Positions 24,665 to 37,425 of a stretch of DNA of 59,537 nt are shown here, in pieces. The notes beneath the pieces are model-generated. The model had not been told where the DNA came from and made no database searches. It was given only the letters and a program-made list of their open reading frames with translations. The stretch's first letter is position 1, and every line of letters begins with the position of its first letter. Made by a program: the position numbers and the translations under genes. Origin of the DNA: Octopus bimaculoides (Eukaryota); the NCBI RefSeq assembly GCF_001194135.2, contig NC_069005.1, forward strand, positions 978,076 through 1,037,612, in the 5' to 3' direction.

Positions 24665-24704
24665 TGTGGTGGCGTTTAGAGATTCTAGCTGTGCAGGTAC
24701 TCAT
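24665..24704 (-). CDS. Candidate first coding exon of the CUB-like gene (MSTCTARISKRHH + phase 1)
   Basis: gccgtcatcATGA start context, donor CA|GTAATA in phase 1 compatible with 22176. Weak donor; plausible but unproven. Confidence 0.35.
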
Positions 24705-25287
24705 GATGACGGCGGTTGCTGGTGTTAACACTGTAACAATAATAAATAACGGACAATGTAGGCGGTATGTTTCGTAATGAGAAACATTGGAGTAGAATTC
24801 TAGTGGAAGTGCTGGAGATGGCGGTTTGTCGTTTGTGTTGTAGTTAATGAAAAGAGGCGACGAAGGTGAAGTCTTTGACAAGGGGCATCAGGTGGAACAA
24901 ACAATTAATTGGTCATTAACAATTTAGGATAAACACTATCAGCATTTTCACTTCCGCCTTATTTTATCCAAACACTGAAATGATAGTCTTATCTTGTTTT
25001 TCTTCCAGACAAATGTTTTTGTGGGGGTTTCTTGTTGTTTTACTTCTGAGATAATGAGATAATTAATGTGTACGTGTGTATCTCTGTCTCTATCACTGTC
25101 TCTCGGCGATTATATATATGTGTGTGTGTTTGTAAATGTGTTGCATGTCTTTCTGCTAGCGATAGCAAATAAGGCTGGAAAACTGCTGCTACAGCCTGGC
25201 AGGTGAGAGAAAGAGAGAGACACACAGACACACACAGAAACTATTGAAAATAAGGACAATTTATGGCAAGGCTAACAGTTTACCTTC

Positions 25288-25333
<46 letters not shown>

Positions 25334-25880
25334 CATTTGTTTACAAAAGTAAAAAAGGTAAACCTACTGTTGCATGCTACCAACATAAGTAATAACTAAT
25401 AAGTATCGATGCATTTATGTAGTGTAATACATTATGTAAACTCAAGTTATATCATTTGTTCTTACGTACGTTTCACCATTGTGACTGTTTGGAATTCTGC
25501 ATTCGATGTTCCAAGCGCAAATAGATGCTTGACCACAACATGTCATCAGAGATATTAGTTCTCATTAGGTCTCTGTAACTTAGTTAAGCATCAAATTGCG
25601 CTGAGAGCATCCAATGAAGATGTCCAAAAGCCACAATACCGAAGTATATGTAGCAACAAATGATATCTGACCAAGTAACTAGCGGTTAGGTTTCAAATCC
25701 CTGCTACAAAACAATAAAACATGTTGCTCAATCCATTCCCTTTTGTTAATCATTTTATGTAATCTCCACGGATATTCATGGATTTCCAGATATATCTTCA
25801 ATAAAACAATCAGTTTCCATTGTAAAGTCATATCTGAGAGCTGATACCTGTAGAGAGGCTTTCTACAGCAAACTGCAAGG

Positions 25881-25915
<35 letters not shown>

Positions 25916-26585
25916 GTGTATTTCTTCTATCTTAATGAATAAAAATTCTTCTGATAGAATAAATGGGTTAATAGAAACCAATGTAGCAAAGAACACAAAA
26001 TAACTGTGGTTAGCTCCTGTTTTTAAGGCAGGAACTCCTTGAAATTTTGGGTATTTGAGTATATTTAAGAATTTAAGGATTGGAGAAAACGCATGTTATA
26101 ATTGCATACTTTATTCCTACATATGTTTCAAAGGATTACAACCTGTGTGATCCATAGGGATCTTTGATATTAAAATTGTAACCTTCTCATCAGGGAAAGC
26201 ATGGGAATCATCTCAAACGTAAGACATTATGACCGATTATGAAAACAATAGATGGATAAGGTTATGACTTGATTCATTTGAAAAAAACCGTTAGAGAATT
26301 GGACGCTGCCGGATAGTGGGTTGGACAACACATACCAATCAATGTGTAAGAGCGTACATGCATACATAAATACACATACACAAACACACACATATACATG
26401 CATACTGATACACACACACACATATACATATATATATATATATGCGCATATACACATACATACCTATGCATATACATATAATATGCACTTACATACAGAA
26501 CGTAATAACGTATATATATATATGGTTTTATACAAATACATACACAATTATACATGCGTACATATACATAGATTTGTACACATAT

Positions 26586-26640
<55 letters not shown>

Positions 26641-27304
26641 NNNNNNNNNNNNNNNNNNNNNNNNNNNNNNNNNNNNNNNNNNNNNNNNNNNNNNNNNNNN
26701 NNNNNNNNNNNNNNNNNNNNNNNNNNNNNNNNNNNNNNNNNNNNNNNNNNNNNNNNNNNNNNNNNNNNNNNNNNNNNNNNNNNNNNNNNNNNNNNNNNNN
26801 NNNNNNNNNNNNNNNNNNNNNNNNNNNNNNNNNNNNNNNNNNNNNNNNNNNNNNNNNNNNNNNNNNNNNNNNNNNNNNNNNNNNNNNNNNNNNNNNNNNN
26901 NNNNNNNNNNNNNNNNNNNNNNNNNNNNNNNNNNNNNNNNNNNNNNNNNNNNNNNNNNNNNNNNNNNNNNNNNNNNNNNNNNNNNNNNNNNNNNNNNNNN
27001 NNNNNNNNNNNNNNNNNNNNNNNNNNNNNNNNNNNNNNNNNNNNNNNNNNNNNNNNNNNNNNNNNNNNNNNNNNNNNNNNNNNNNNNNNNNNNNNNNNNN
27101 NNNNNNNNNNNNNNNNNNNNNNNNNNNNNNNNNNNNNNNNNNNNNNNNNNNNNNNNNNNNNNNNNNNNNNNNNNNNNNNNNNNNNNNNNNNNNNNNNNNN
27201 NNNNNNNNNNNNNNNNNNNNNNNNNNNNNNNNNNNNNNNNNNNNNNNNNNNNNNNNNNNNNNNNNNNNNNNNNNNNNNNNNNNNNNNNNNNNNNNNNNNN
27301 NNNN

Positions 27305-27338
<34 letters not shown>

Positions 27339-27503
27339 GTATGTATGTGTATCTCTATATATATATATACACCTATTTATCCATATATAAATCCCCACAG
27401 GCAATTCTTATGCACAACATGTGTGCAATTAACTCAATTTAATTTAACACATTCACTCCAATACAATGAGCATCAACTGATACTTGTATGCCCTCTACCA
27501 TTA

Positions 27504-27541
<38 letters not shown>

Positions 27542-30500
27542 ATTTCTCCTCAGGCCGACTCAGCATGACAAAGTGTGTGACAAGGCTGTAGCTTCTGAAT
27601 TCCAAGTATAATCCACCCAGCGGGCTTCTATAGTTCCTATCCACCCAGTTTCTCTCACAAGGTGTAGATCATCTGAAGGCTTAAGAAAATGATATTCACC
27701 TAACATGCCACGTGACTATGAAACAAACTTTCTAACCATTCAAACATACTGTATGACCACCTCCCCTAAACATTGTCAACAAATGCTGAAATGTGGTGAT
27801 TAGAACAAGAAAACTTTTGAGCTGCCAAATTCAGTCTGGTTTCCTTTGCTGTACTTCCAAGTGCGACAGAAAAATTTCCCATTTTGTAACACATCCAAGA
27901 ATTTAATCTGGGAGATTTCTTTTATGCTGCATCCTCTATTTTTTAGCTTATACTTGTTTCAGTCATTAGATGCTGGAGCATCGCCTTGAAGACTTTTAGT
28001 CAAACGGATCAACCCTAGAACTTATTCAAGTCATTTGATTTATTTAAACAGTTGAAGCAGAAACTCGAGCAAATCCCTTAACATTTATTGCTGTTTGTAG
28101 AGAGTGTGTGAAGTTCAAGAAATTTCAGACAATAGGAGAATCAGAAAGTGCTGACATTCAGATTGTATCAAAATTTCCATCATATTTGAAGTGGAAGAGG
28201 TAAATATCCACGGAATATAAGAGATGAATGTTGGCTGGTGGGGGAACAGACTCCAGGAATAGAACAGCAGAAGATTGCCTCACTGTGTTGTTAAAAATAA
28301 ATGTTATTGGGGACTTGAAACTTAAGCTGTTTGTTCATTTATCATTGTGATAGTCAAAAAGCAATTAAAAGCATGTTTTCAAATCTCATCTGCCTGTTAC
28401 TTAGAAATCCAACAGAGAAGATTATATTGACGTCCCACCATCAAATATTAGTAATATTAGAAAAGAAGACTTGTAGATTAGAAGCCCCAACATACTTCTG
28501 CTTTTGCCGTTCAAAACAACAATCTCACTCCTGCAGCAATTCTTGAGTCACTCCAAACATGCACAACTGTTGAAATGGTTTCCATTCCACAACCACTTCT
28601 AAAGCCTATGAATTAGAGTTATTTCTGTTTTAAAGGCAGGTCTTCTTTGAAGAATTAATCTCTTAATTAGAACAACTGCTGGTGAATATCTGTACATGAA
28701 ATAATTCTGGGAAAATTTTTAAAAAAAGACTTTGGAATAACTGGTAGAACAACAGAGACATTGAAATAATTCGTGCTTTGAAGTAATTTTCAGAAAATGA
28801 TCCAAACTTCAAACCAAGCAAAGGATCTGAAATGGTAAGAGTGAATTTCTTTGGAGAAGAATTAGGGTTTCTTGCGAAGAGAAGCAAAGTAGCAAACACT
28901 TGAAGTTTTTTTTTTTTTTGGTAATAATGCCAAAATTGAAAGTGTGCATGTCTTTTTTATTGAATTCCATACAATTTCATTCAAAAGACTTTTCTAAATA
29001 TGTTGAGACATTGTAGACATACAGCATTCTAAATAAGTATATATTTCTTTCGATAATTAAAAAAAAATTGACCTGCATATAAAAAAAACCATTTTACCTT
29101 CCTCTAATACAATTTCTGACAGCAAAGCAAAAAGATTGTAAAGTATTGATTTCATTAAACAAGCCTTTTATGATCAGTTTCCACCATTTTGTCCCACATT
29201 TTCCTGGATCTCCTTCTTCCCCACATTTTCCTGGATCTCCTTCTTCTCCACATTTCTTCTGAGTGTCCTGGTTCTACTTTCTCTGAATGAACTCAAATAC
29301 GACTCCTCCATCAACTTACCACACCAAACAACTGCATTTTCCTATCTCTTCCAGACCAGTCACAACATGTGATTCTTCTGTGAGAATTAATTTCTCAGGT
29401 ACAACTAATTGCCAACAACACATTACAATTCATGTTTTACATCATTCAAGTTCTGTACAAGACTTCTGGGGTTTCACTACAGATGTATTTAGTCAAGCAG
29501 AAAGTATTAGGAATAAGGAGCAATTGCCATTGGCCACTTTTGCAGTGATTGCCAAACCTACTTTCTACATTTCCCAAATACCAGAACAGAAATATCAAAT
29601 GGTATCAATCTACCTTTTAATTAATGCATCTCTACCTTTCTAACTTATCTTTTCTTTAGACTGTGAGAGAACCACTTTTTCCATCCAATCACAAATTCCA
29701 AAAATTGCTTTACAATGCCAAAATTTCTAACTCTGCAATCTACAACTTCCAACATAGAATGGCTAATTCAATTCTCCCTTAGACATCTACTCAAACCTAT
29801 CCTTCTGAACTTCTCTCATTCAATTCTATGGCTATTTAGTAACACAAACAATACATGGATGTAAATATGTGTGTGTGAAAGAGTGTACTTACACTGGCTG
29901 GCAGAAAAGTGTGTAAAGTTTGTAGCTGTGCACATTCATGTAGGATTTTATCCACTACTGATGATAGATATCATCATCATCATTTATATACATATATATA
30001 TACACACACACAAACACATCTATATATATATATATACACACACACAAACACATCTATCTATCTATATATCTATATATATATATACATGCATGTTTATACC
30101 TACACTTGCATACAAACAATGAATGTCTTCTTTACCTTTGTATTAACAATGGTCAATTTAAGAGTTGCCTGAAGTCACTTTTCAACACAGGCCATAAAAC
30201 CCAGGCTGTCTTTCATCTCTTCTTACAGAGAAATCTCATCTCTTTCACCTCTGCTTCTATACACACTTCATTGATTCCAAACAATTATGTAGAAAACCAA
30301 TCCTAAATTTCTTGTACCAAATATAACTTATAACAGCATAACAAAGCAGATTCTCAACTAACGAGACACACAATGTTTCCCCCATCGTTTTTGTCATTTC
30401 CTCCACCGTTCTATACACCTCTCATCTCTTCCTCTTCTCCTTTAATTTTTCTTCTCTTTTCTCTCCTCATTCTACTTCTTTCTACCCACCTTCTTTCTTC

Positions 30501-30692
30501 ATGCACTTCAACTGAAAAATCTCAGCTTCGATCTAATACTAATTTACCTTGATTTAATTGTATTAACACCTTATTTCTGCTCATCTAATCAAATGCTTGT
30601 TAATGAGGTTTTCTGATGGACCATAAAAATACACTATTAAACCAGGCCCACAGTTAAACCACTAAACCACCACCCACAAGATGAACCAAATA

Positions 30693-31150
30693 TATTGGGT
30701 CATCCCATAAATAATGCAGCTTTTTTTTTTCAGTTGCATGAATTAAAAGTCGAAGGGGGATGGGATAAACTACCTGCATCAACTTGCTACAAAACGAAGT
30801 AGTAATTTTATCTTGTACTTATTCTTAGTGCAAGTTTTGAAGAGTATGGAAGTGACAAAGGAGCATATTCAGCATATTTTGCTTTGAGTTCACAAAAAAG
30901 GCAACAATGCAATGGAAAGTGTGAGGAATATTAATGCAGTATACAAGGTGAGAACAATACTGGAGGAGTATTTTTCGTCATGGACAAGTAAATTTTGGAA
31001 GAGGGGCCTTGCAATTTTACCAGATAGATGGAAGAGCATTGTAGAAAATGAAGGAGAGTATATTTTAGATTAAAAAAGAACTTCGATTATCTTAATTTAA
31101 AAAAATAAAAGTATAAAAAAAAAAGTCGCATTATTTATGGGATGACCGAT
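30693..31150 (+). mobile_element. Internally deleted mariner element
   Basis: TIRs ttgggtcatcccataaataatgc / gcattatttatgggatgacc. Inside: transposase N-terminus MEVTKEHIQHILL..F..GNNAMESVRNINAVY (ATG 30846, frameshifted) joined to the C-terminus FWKRGLAILPDRWKSIVENEGEYILD*. Confidence 0.88.
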
Positions 31151-31742
31151 TGACTGAACACACAAGCAACAACTAGATGTCCCAACATCCTAGCACTTCT
31201 GTCCCCAGTTTTCCAGTGACCCTTGTAGGCTCAATGAGATGCAGAGAGGCCATTCCTTTTGACTGTTTCATCTCCAATGTTCTAGACAAATGTCTGGGGG
31301 TTCCGTTGTGAGGAGACCGGACATGAAATTCTTTATTCTCACCAAGAACGGATTATGTTCAATAATGGCAAATGGATTCCTTTCAGGATATGATTTATAC
31401 TTTGAAAATAGTGATGCTTACTTGTGTGTGTGTGTGCGTAGAACAAATGCAAAGAAAATAGCTCAATATATGAGTGTATACAGATTTCTTTTTAATTATC
31501 AATTTGATGTCACGCATGAAACCCTTGGCTCCTGAACCAATTTTTGTAACTGTCAACCAACTGAAAATAATAAAGGTCACACATGCATTCAAGAAGGGAA
31601 CCCAAAGACTATCCCCACTTCTACCAAAACGAAGCTGCACTGCCTTCAGTGCTTACGTACTAAAAGGTGGTACTTTTGTAGTTATGTAGCCGAGGTTTGG
31701 CCTTGATTGCTCAAGTTTTGCTTCTTGTGTTACAGAATAAAC

Positions 31743-32147
31743 ATGGCCACTAGACTGGCACTGTGTACCAAGGATAAACACAAACCAGTGATCCGAATTC
31801 TGTCATCAGGGGGCTGAAAGTCATTGCAGGCTGTTAGTACAATTCAGGGACAGTGCTCGACTGTGTAGAAGTGTGTATGAATAGATTGAAAAGTTTAAAA
31901 GTGGCCGGACAAGTATAAGGCACGAAAGAGCAAGACATAAAGTCTGTGCAGAAAAGGTGCCAGGAGAGTTTACTGGAGCACAAAGGCCAATTGTGTGGAA
32001 ACTTGTCAACGCTTGTTCGACCACTACAACAATAAAAGCCAAATTATTTTTGGAGAGAATGATTAGAGATGAGATGAGATCTGGGTCCATCACTTTCAGC
32101 CAAAATCCAAAAGGCAGAGTATGGTGTGGAAACACCCAAAATCGCCC
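31743..32147 (+). pseudogene. Degenerate mariner transposase fragment (second, different lineage)
   Basis: MATRLALCTKDKHKPVIR..., RSVYE*IEKFKSGRTS, VCAxKVP (WVPxxL-like), DEIWVHHFQPKSKRQSMVWKHPKSP (GDETW motif region); stops, frameshifts and an internal deletion. Confidence 0.85.
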
Positions 32148-32501
32148 TAATCCTCTCTACCCACCACTCACCAACACTGTGGATCTTCTCCAAATTTCTA
32201 CCAACTCATTCAATTATTGACTCCCTGCAGTCAAAACCTCACTTCTCAACTCATACCTTGAGAATTATCTCCCTTTCATAACCAACCCTGCCCCCCGAAA
32301 GTACCAAGTTTTGCTACTGAGATGGGAACCATTCTACACAGGAGCGACATCAGCTTGAGTCCAAACCAATCAGATCCGTTTATCCATTTGTCATCTAGGA
32401 TGTTGTTGTTCATTCTTTAATCATCACTCAAGTAGCTGTTTGAATAAACTAATATTCCAGGCTTATTCCAAAGCAACATCAGACTGATACAACTACAATA
32501 A

Positions 32502-32551
<50 letters not shown>

Positions 32552-33139
32552 ACAGGTGTATAATTTAATATTAAAATTATAAAATTTATATAACATGGTT
32601 TCTGTATACGTCCCCTTAGTGTCGCGCACAAATACAGTGTGATATATATTGTACCACAGAACAGGGTAGACACCAACTGTCTCCACTTGATGTATTCCTA
32701 ATTTCTCTGCCAACAACTGTAACCAATCCAAAACAACTCAACGAACTTCAACAACTTCTCAACAATTTCCTGGGACTCCACGAACTCACAAACGACACCT
32801 TTTGACTTCTGCATAGCTGAAAGATTGCACATTCTTTTTAGGTTCAAGAATTCCATCACACTACTTAATCAGAAAGTGGAGGACGCTGACTGCTCTGGAT
32901 TGTTATCTCACAAACTTTACCCTCCGTTTTGTTCCATTATTCTACACCAGATACATTAATTCTGATTTCTATAAAGAGAATAAAGATCTACGTTTTCTTT
33001 TCTTTTTTCTTGTTTCACTTTTTGCATCAACCTTCTTTGCATTTTTCCTTCTGATTTCTTTGGCCAACATCATGGAGATTAATGGCATGTTATATCTGCC
33101 AATTTACTGTATCTATAAAGCATGAAACTCTTAGTAGCT

Positions 33140-33500
33140 TTTTTGGTAAATTGTGTGTATCAAATGGTTAGGATGTTGCACTCACAATCACAAGATCGTA
33201 GTTTCAATTCCTAGACTGGGCAGTGTGTTGTGGTCTAGATTAAAACAATCTCACATTGCTCTGTGGTCACTGACACCTGTTGTGTGGTACACCTGTTGTG
33301 TGGTACACCTGTTGAGACAATGTCGATTTGATGGAGAGAGTGAGCTAAAGTGGTTTGTTGTGGTTCTCCATTTACAGGGTGAGCCCAAGCACTCAAAATA
33401 CGTGTCTGGTCAAATGTGCAAGGGACAGACTGAAGTTAGCAACTTATTAGAGTGCTTGAAGTTTACTGTCAACAAAATCAAACAGACTTTTTGGCCAATC
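33140..33500 (+). mobile_element. tRNA-head SINE, family C
   Basis: tggttaggatgttgcactcacaatcacaagatcgtagtttcaattcc head; related to 50733-51060 (+) and 47200-47470 (-). Confidence 0.65.
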
Positions 33501-33989
33501 CAATAATTAATGCTGGACCACAACCTAACTAAATAAGGTTGTGCTATATTTAATTATTATTCTTGCAGTTGTCATTTTCATAATAACTTGAAGACATTTC
33601 TTTTCTTTCAACAACGATGGAAACGATGTTGAGAGCAGACCATGTCATCACCAGAAGAAATGATGACAAACAAAAAGAAAAGAAAAACAATAAATAAAAG
33701 AAAAGGGGAAAATATAAATAACAAATTTACTGAAAAATTTACATATGCAGCTTTTAGCTCTTACCCTTAATATATGTCTGTAGGATGCAATCAGAGAGGA
33801 AGAGAAGAAAAAGAGAAGCTGGAGGCAGAGGTTGGAAGTGGCATAAAAGCCATTGGCAGGGAGAAGGGAAAAGGAGGGGGGGAAGTGGAGGGTTAGAGTT
33901 CAAATGTAGAGTTCGAAGAAAGAAGAAGGAAGAGAAGATTGAATTGAGAAAAAGTCTACCAAATCTAATTTCTGCTACAGTACACGCAC

Positions 33990-34282
33990 CCTGGGTATCA
34001 TGTGCTTGGGTCGAGCACCACTGCTGCTGCTGCTGTCACCGCTCAGTGAACCGTAGCCCGAACTTTCACTGGTGCAGTCGTCGGTAAAGTGAACGCGAGA
34101 GTCCTTAGATTTCCTCAGTGATGTCGATGAAGACGACAACGAAGGAGGAGAAGAGGTGGAAGAAGTTGCAGAAGAGGAATTCTGTGCAAGAGTACCAAAC
34201 AGTCGCGATCCGGATCCTGTCTCTGACCACAGACATGAATCTGATTTTCCTAAAGCAGTCTTTTTCCCATGCACTGATTTCT
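33990..34282 (-). CDS. OTUD3: OTU deubiquitinase 3, coding exon 7 (Ser-rich region)
   Basis: Acceptor ttatttcAG|AG (phase 1), donor AGG|GTGCGT (phase 0), 293 nt. CLWSETGSGSRLFG matches the vertebrate OTUD3 LWEEGGSGARIFG motif; then poly-Ser and SSGYGSLS...GARPK. Confidence 0.88.
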
Positions 34283-35049
34283 CTGAAATAACAGAAGAAC
34301 CGACATAGATTAGTAAAACAGGATTCTCATTAGAATGGTAGGAGTTGAAAATAAAGAAAAGATAACATTAATACTTTTGTTCTGTCTTCAATTTCAAATC
34401 TATATTTATCTCAATCTGTTCAGTCACCAGATTAACTGTTAAGCTGCTTACAGCAGTGAGTTACGCTCCCTTGCTTTTGCCTACTTCACCACCAGGTGGA
34501 CTGGCCAAAGGACAGTTAGACATCTTGACAACAGATTTTACTGCATCACTTTTTTAATTGAATGTGAATTAACATCTTCTTAATTACAGGTTTGGTTACT
34601 GTAATGACCTGTGTCACAGGGAGGTTGAAAATGTATTTAGTAAACATCTCACCAAAACTGTTTACAATTTCAAAAATTTTGATCTCATATACACCATGGA
34701 AATGCTCCAACTCATATATACATACTTATATATATATATTCATATACATACATTATATATATATATATAAAATACTATATTGTATTACATTATATTATAT
34801 TATATTCTTGAGCTCCAGGACTCATGAAGCCAGTTACATGGTTTCCAAGGTGTATAAGTGACCAAGATGGCAACATTCCCCCGTCAATGGGATGCTGGTC
34901 TGCTGCCTGAGGTTCAAGTCTACCAATTTCGATGGGGGGGGGAGGGGGTTAAGTTGATTACATTGATCCCAGCGTTTCATTTGTACTTTACTTTATTGAT
35001 CCTAAAAGGATGACCTCGGGATTTGAGCTCAGGATGGAACGAGCCAAAA

Positions 35050-35225
35050 GAAACGAGTCATCTCCTCTGTGAGGCTAAACGTCTGCACGTAATTGTTCAC
35101 CACTTCATCCCACGTCTTCTTGGGTTTCCCTCTTCCACAGGTTCCATCCACATCTAGCAAGCAGCACTTCTTTAAACAGTTGTCCTCCTCCATATGTCCT
35201 AATCAGTTTAGCCTCCATTCAGTCC
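35050..35225 (-). mobile_element. RTE-clade LINE 3' fragment
   Basis: Minus-strand translation resembles RL.W.GH.....C.KKC..L.V.GTCGRGKPKKTWDEVV. Confidence 0.75.
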
Positions 35226-35345
35226 CACAAACAGACTAAAAGAAGGTAGCCAAGTACATTTGGGGTCCATCCTTTCAGTACTGCACCATAAACAACAACA
35301 ACAACAACGTTCGGTGGGAAATAATAAGAATACTTTTGCATTAAC

Positions 35346-35445
35346 CTTCTTTCCGGGAAATATTCAACAATTGCAGGAGATCCGCAACGGTGGCATCCAC
35401 GTTGTAATCATTTCCTTCCAGATATTTCCGGATGACTTCTCGATC
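35346..35445 (-). CDS. OTUD3: OTUD3 exon 6 (second half of UBA-like domain: DREVIRKYLEGNDYNVDATVADLLQLLNISRKE)
   Basis: Acceptor cattgcAG|GAT, donor G|GTTAAT, 100 nt, phase 0-1; aligns with vertebrate [24 protein letters not shown]. Confidence 0.9.
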
Positions 35446-35920
35446 CTGCAATGTAATGAACAGGTTTCCAGCTCAGAGTCAAGTTTACATCTCAGCAATG
35501 AAACATATTGCACTTGCAATGAAATAATATCAAATCAGTAATGAAAAAATATTATATCAATACTATAAAAATGTCATGCTAACAATGTTTCGACAGCACT
35601 CATATCTCATTGGCTCAATGCACTTAGTAGTAGTAGTAGCAGCAGCAGCAGTGGGGGGTGGGGTGCATGAACTTTGACAGTGCATCGCTGCGTCCACCAT
35701 TTATTAGTGATTCTCAGCTATTCCTGACGGACGACACCTTTGCATCATTCAGGTGACAACCATCCTAAAAACCGAAACAACCAACAGCTAAATTCTCTCT
35801 CACACTCAATTTCTTTGTTCCATCAGAGTTCATCTTGACACCTCATCGCCAGCATTTTCATCTCCTTCCAGCTTTATATAATGTGGAGCAGCCATGTATC
35901 TCCTCCGTGACAAGTGCTTA

Positions 35921-35951
<31 letters not shown>

Positions 35952-36093
35952 TACTCCAGCCTCTCAACACCCAGCATAAAAACCACCCTTCCCCTCCNNN
36001 NNNNNNNNNNNNNNNNNNNNNNNNNNNNNNNNNNNNNNNNNNNNNNNNNNNNNNNNNNNNNNNNNNNNNNNNNNNNNNNNNNNNNNNNNNNNN

Positions 36094-36126
<33 letters not shown>

Positions 36127-36950
36127 TACTCCAGCCTCTCAACACCCAGCATAAAAACCACCCTTCCCCTCCCAAACACCCCCCCACCACTCATTTGAGG
36201 GGGATTTTTCCTTTCCATGTGCTGCAGATTCATTGACAACCTCACTGGCGCTGGTGGCATAGAAAAAGCCCTCAGCACCAGGTGTTGAGTGGTTGGTATT
36301 AACATGGCCATCCTGATATAGACACAATGCCATGACAGACATTGCAGCTCAGCATAGTCTTCAACTGCTTCCAAGCAAGGAAATATTTCTCTATGGCTGA
36401 ACATCCATTCACAGAAGACTAGAAACTTTTATGACAGAGACATTCATTTTACAACTATTGTATGATTCAAACAAACACACACACATATGATAGGCTTCTT
36501 TCAGTTTCCATCAACCAAATCCACTCACAATGCTTTAGTCAGCCCAGGGCAAGAGCAGAAGAGAATTTGATCAAGATGCCATAGAGTAGGACTGAACTCA
36601 GAACCACATGGTTGGGAAACAAACTTCTTAACCACATAGTAATATCTCCAATAACAAATAACTCCAGTAAGACATTAGAAGTATTTTCAAATATGAAGAT
36701 ATTTTTTAGGCATGCTGTCTTCTGAAGAGCAGCAAGTTTGTCTTAATGCCTGCAACATTTCTCAACAACAAAAGGTAGTTCTTTCCAAGGGCCAAAGGTC
36801 GTTCTGGAAGTAATTTCTGGTTCCTCAATGTGGAGTAGTTCTATATTTTTCAGAGTAAGATGATGGTAAGTGATTAACCAAGAAGCTCGACCACAACCAC
36901 TGCAACATAGGGGTCTTCTTTTATTGATCAGGAACCTTGGAAGGAATTAA

Positions 36951-37151
36951 TTAAACCATCTGACACCTTCAGACTGTCCCCTGGTTCTATGATACAGACT
37001 TCATATTTCAAAGTAAAATTCCATGTTAATTTTATGATCTAAACACCAGCTTAATTAAGACAGTTATTTTACTAAAATTCTTCATCATTTAAAAAATTGA
37101 TTGAAACAAAAACAGTCTATGCCAACAGGAATATGGTAACAAAAGGGTTAA
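36951..37151 (-). mobile_element. piggyBac-type (TTAA) MITE
   Basis: Ends ggtaacaaaagggTTAA at 37148-37151 with TTAA at 36951; reverse-complement homologue of 55825-56026. Confidence 0.65.
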
Positions 37152-37284
37152 GAGACACTGCTGGGAATGTGAAATTGTCCAGCACAAAACCCTCGTCTTT
37201 TGTAAACAGATGTTGGCAACAAAGAAAGGATATTAACACAAAAAAAACAATATAAAACGAAAAGAAAAGTTATAAACTATGAAC

Positions 37285-37425
37285 CTGGCAGCCAGTGGCT
37301 CCAATGATTTCCTGTTGAATAGATTTTAGGTCTCGTACGGCACGCACTACGCCAGACTTCTCATCTCGATAAATAGTTTTGGGGTTGATCTTATTTTTCA
37401 ATTTACTTTTGTCATCACTGAATAT
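37285..37425 (-). CDS. OTUD3: OTUD3 exon 5 (IFSDDKSKLK...IQQEIIGATGCQ)
   Basis: Acceptor tcttcttccAG|ATA, donor CAG|GTTCAT, 141 nt, phase 0-0; ATGC matches the vertebrate NATGCS at the start of the UBA-like domain. Confidence 0.88.

Noticed and set aside
28300-30400. Possible degenerate LINE body between the two minus-strand genes
   Set aside because: Composition is suggestive, but I could not recover any diagnostic endonuclease or RT motif by eye, so it is not reported as a feature.
30400-30515. Purine-rich minus-strand stretch EVHEERRWVERSRMRREKRRK as OTUD3 exon 8
   Set aside because: The acceptor puts the open frame in the wrong phase (phase 0 gives LKCMKKEGG*). Probably degenerate repeat DNA.
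32960-33070. Lys/Arg-rich minus-strand stretch as OTUD3 exon 8 (KSEGKMQRRLMQKVKQEKRKEN...)
   Set aside because: No convincing phase-0 acceptor; the stronger nearby AGs lead to immediate stops, and the similarity is only compositional.
35918-36175. Direct duplication of ~80 bp (TC)n-atcatactccagcc...cccctcc on both sides of a 96-N gap
   Set aside because: Typical unmerged contig overlap at a scaffold gap; most likely an assembly artefact.
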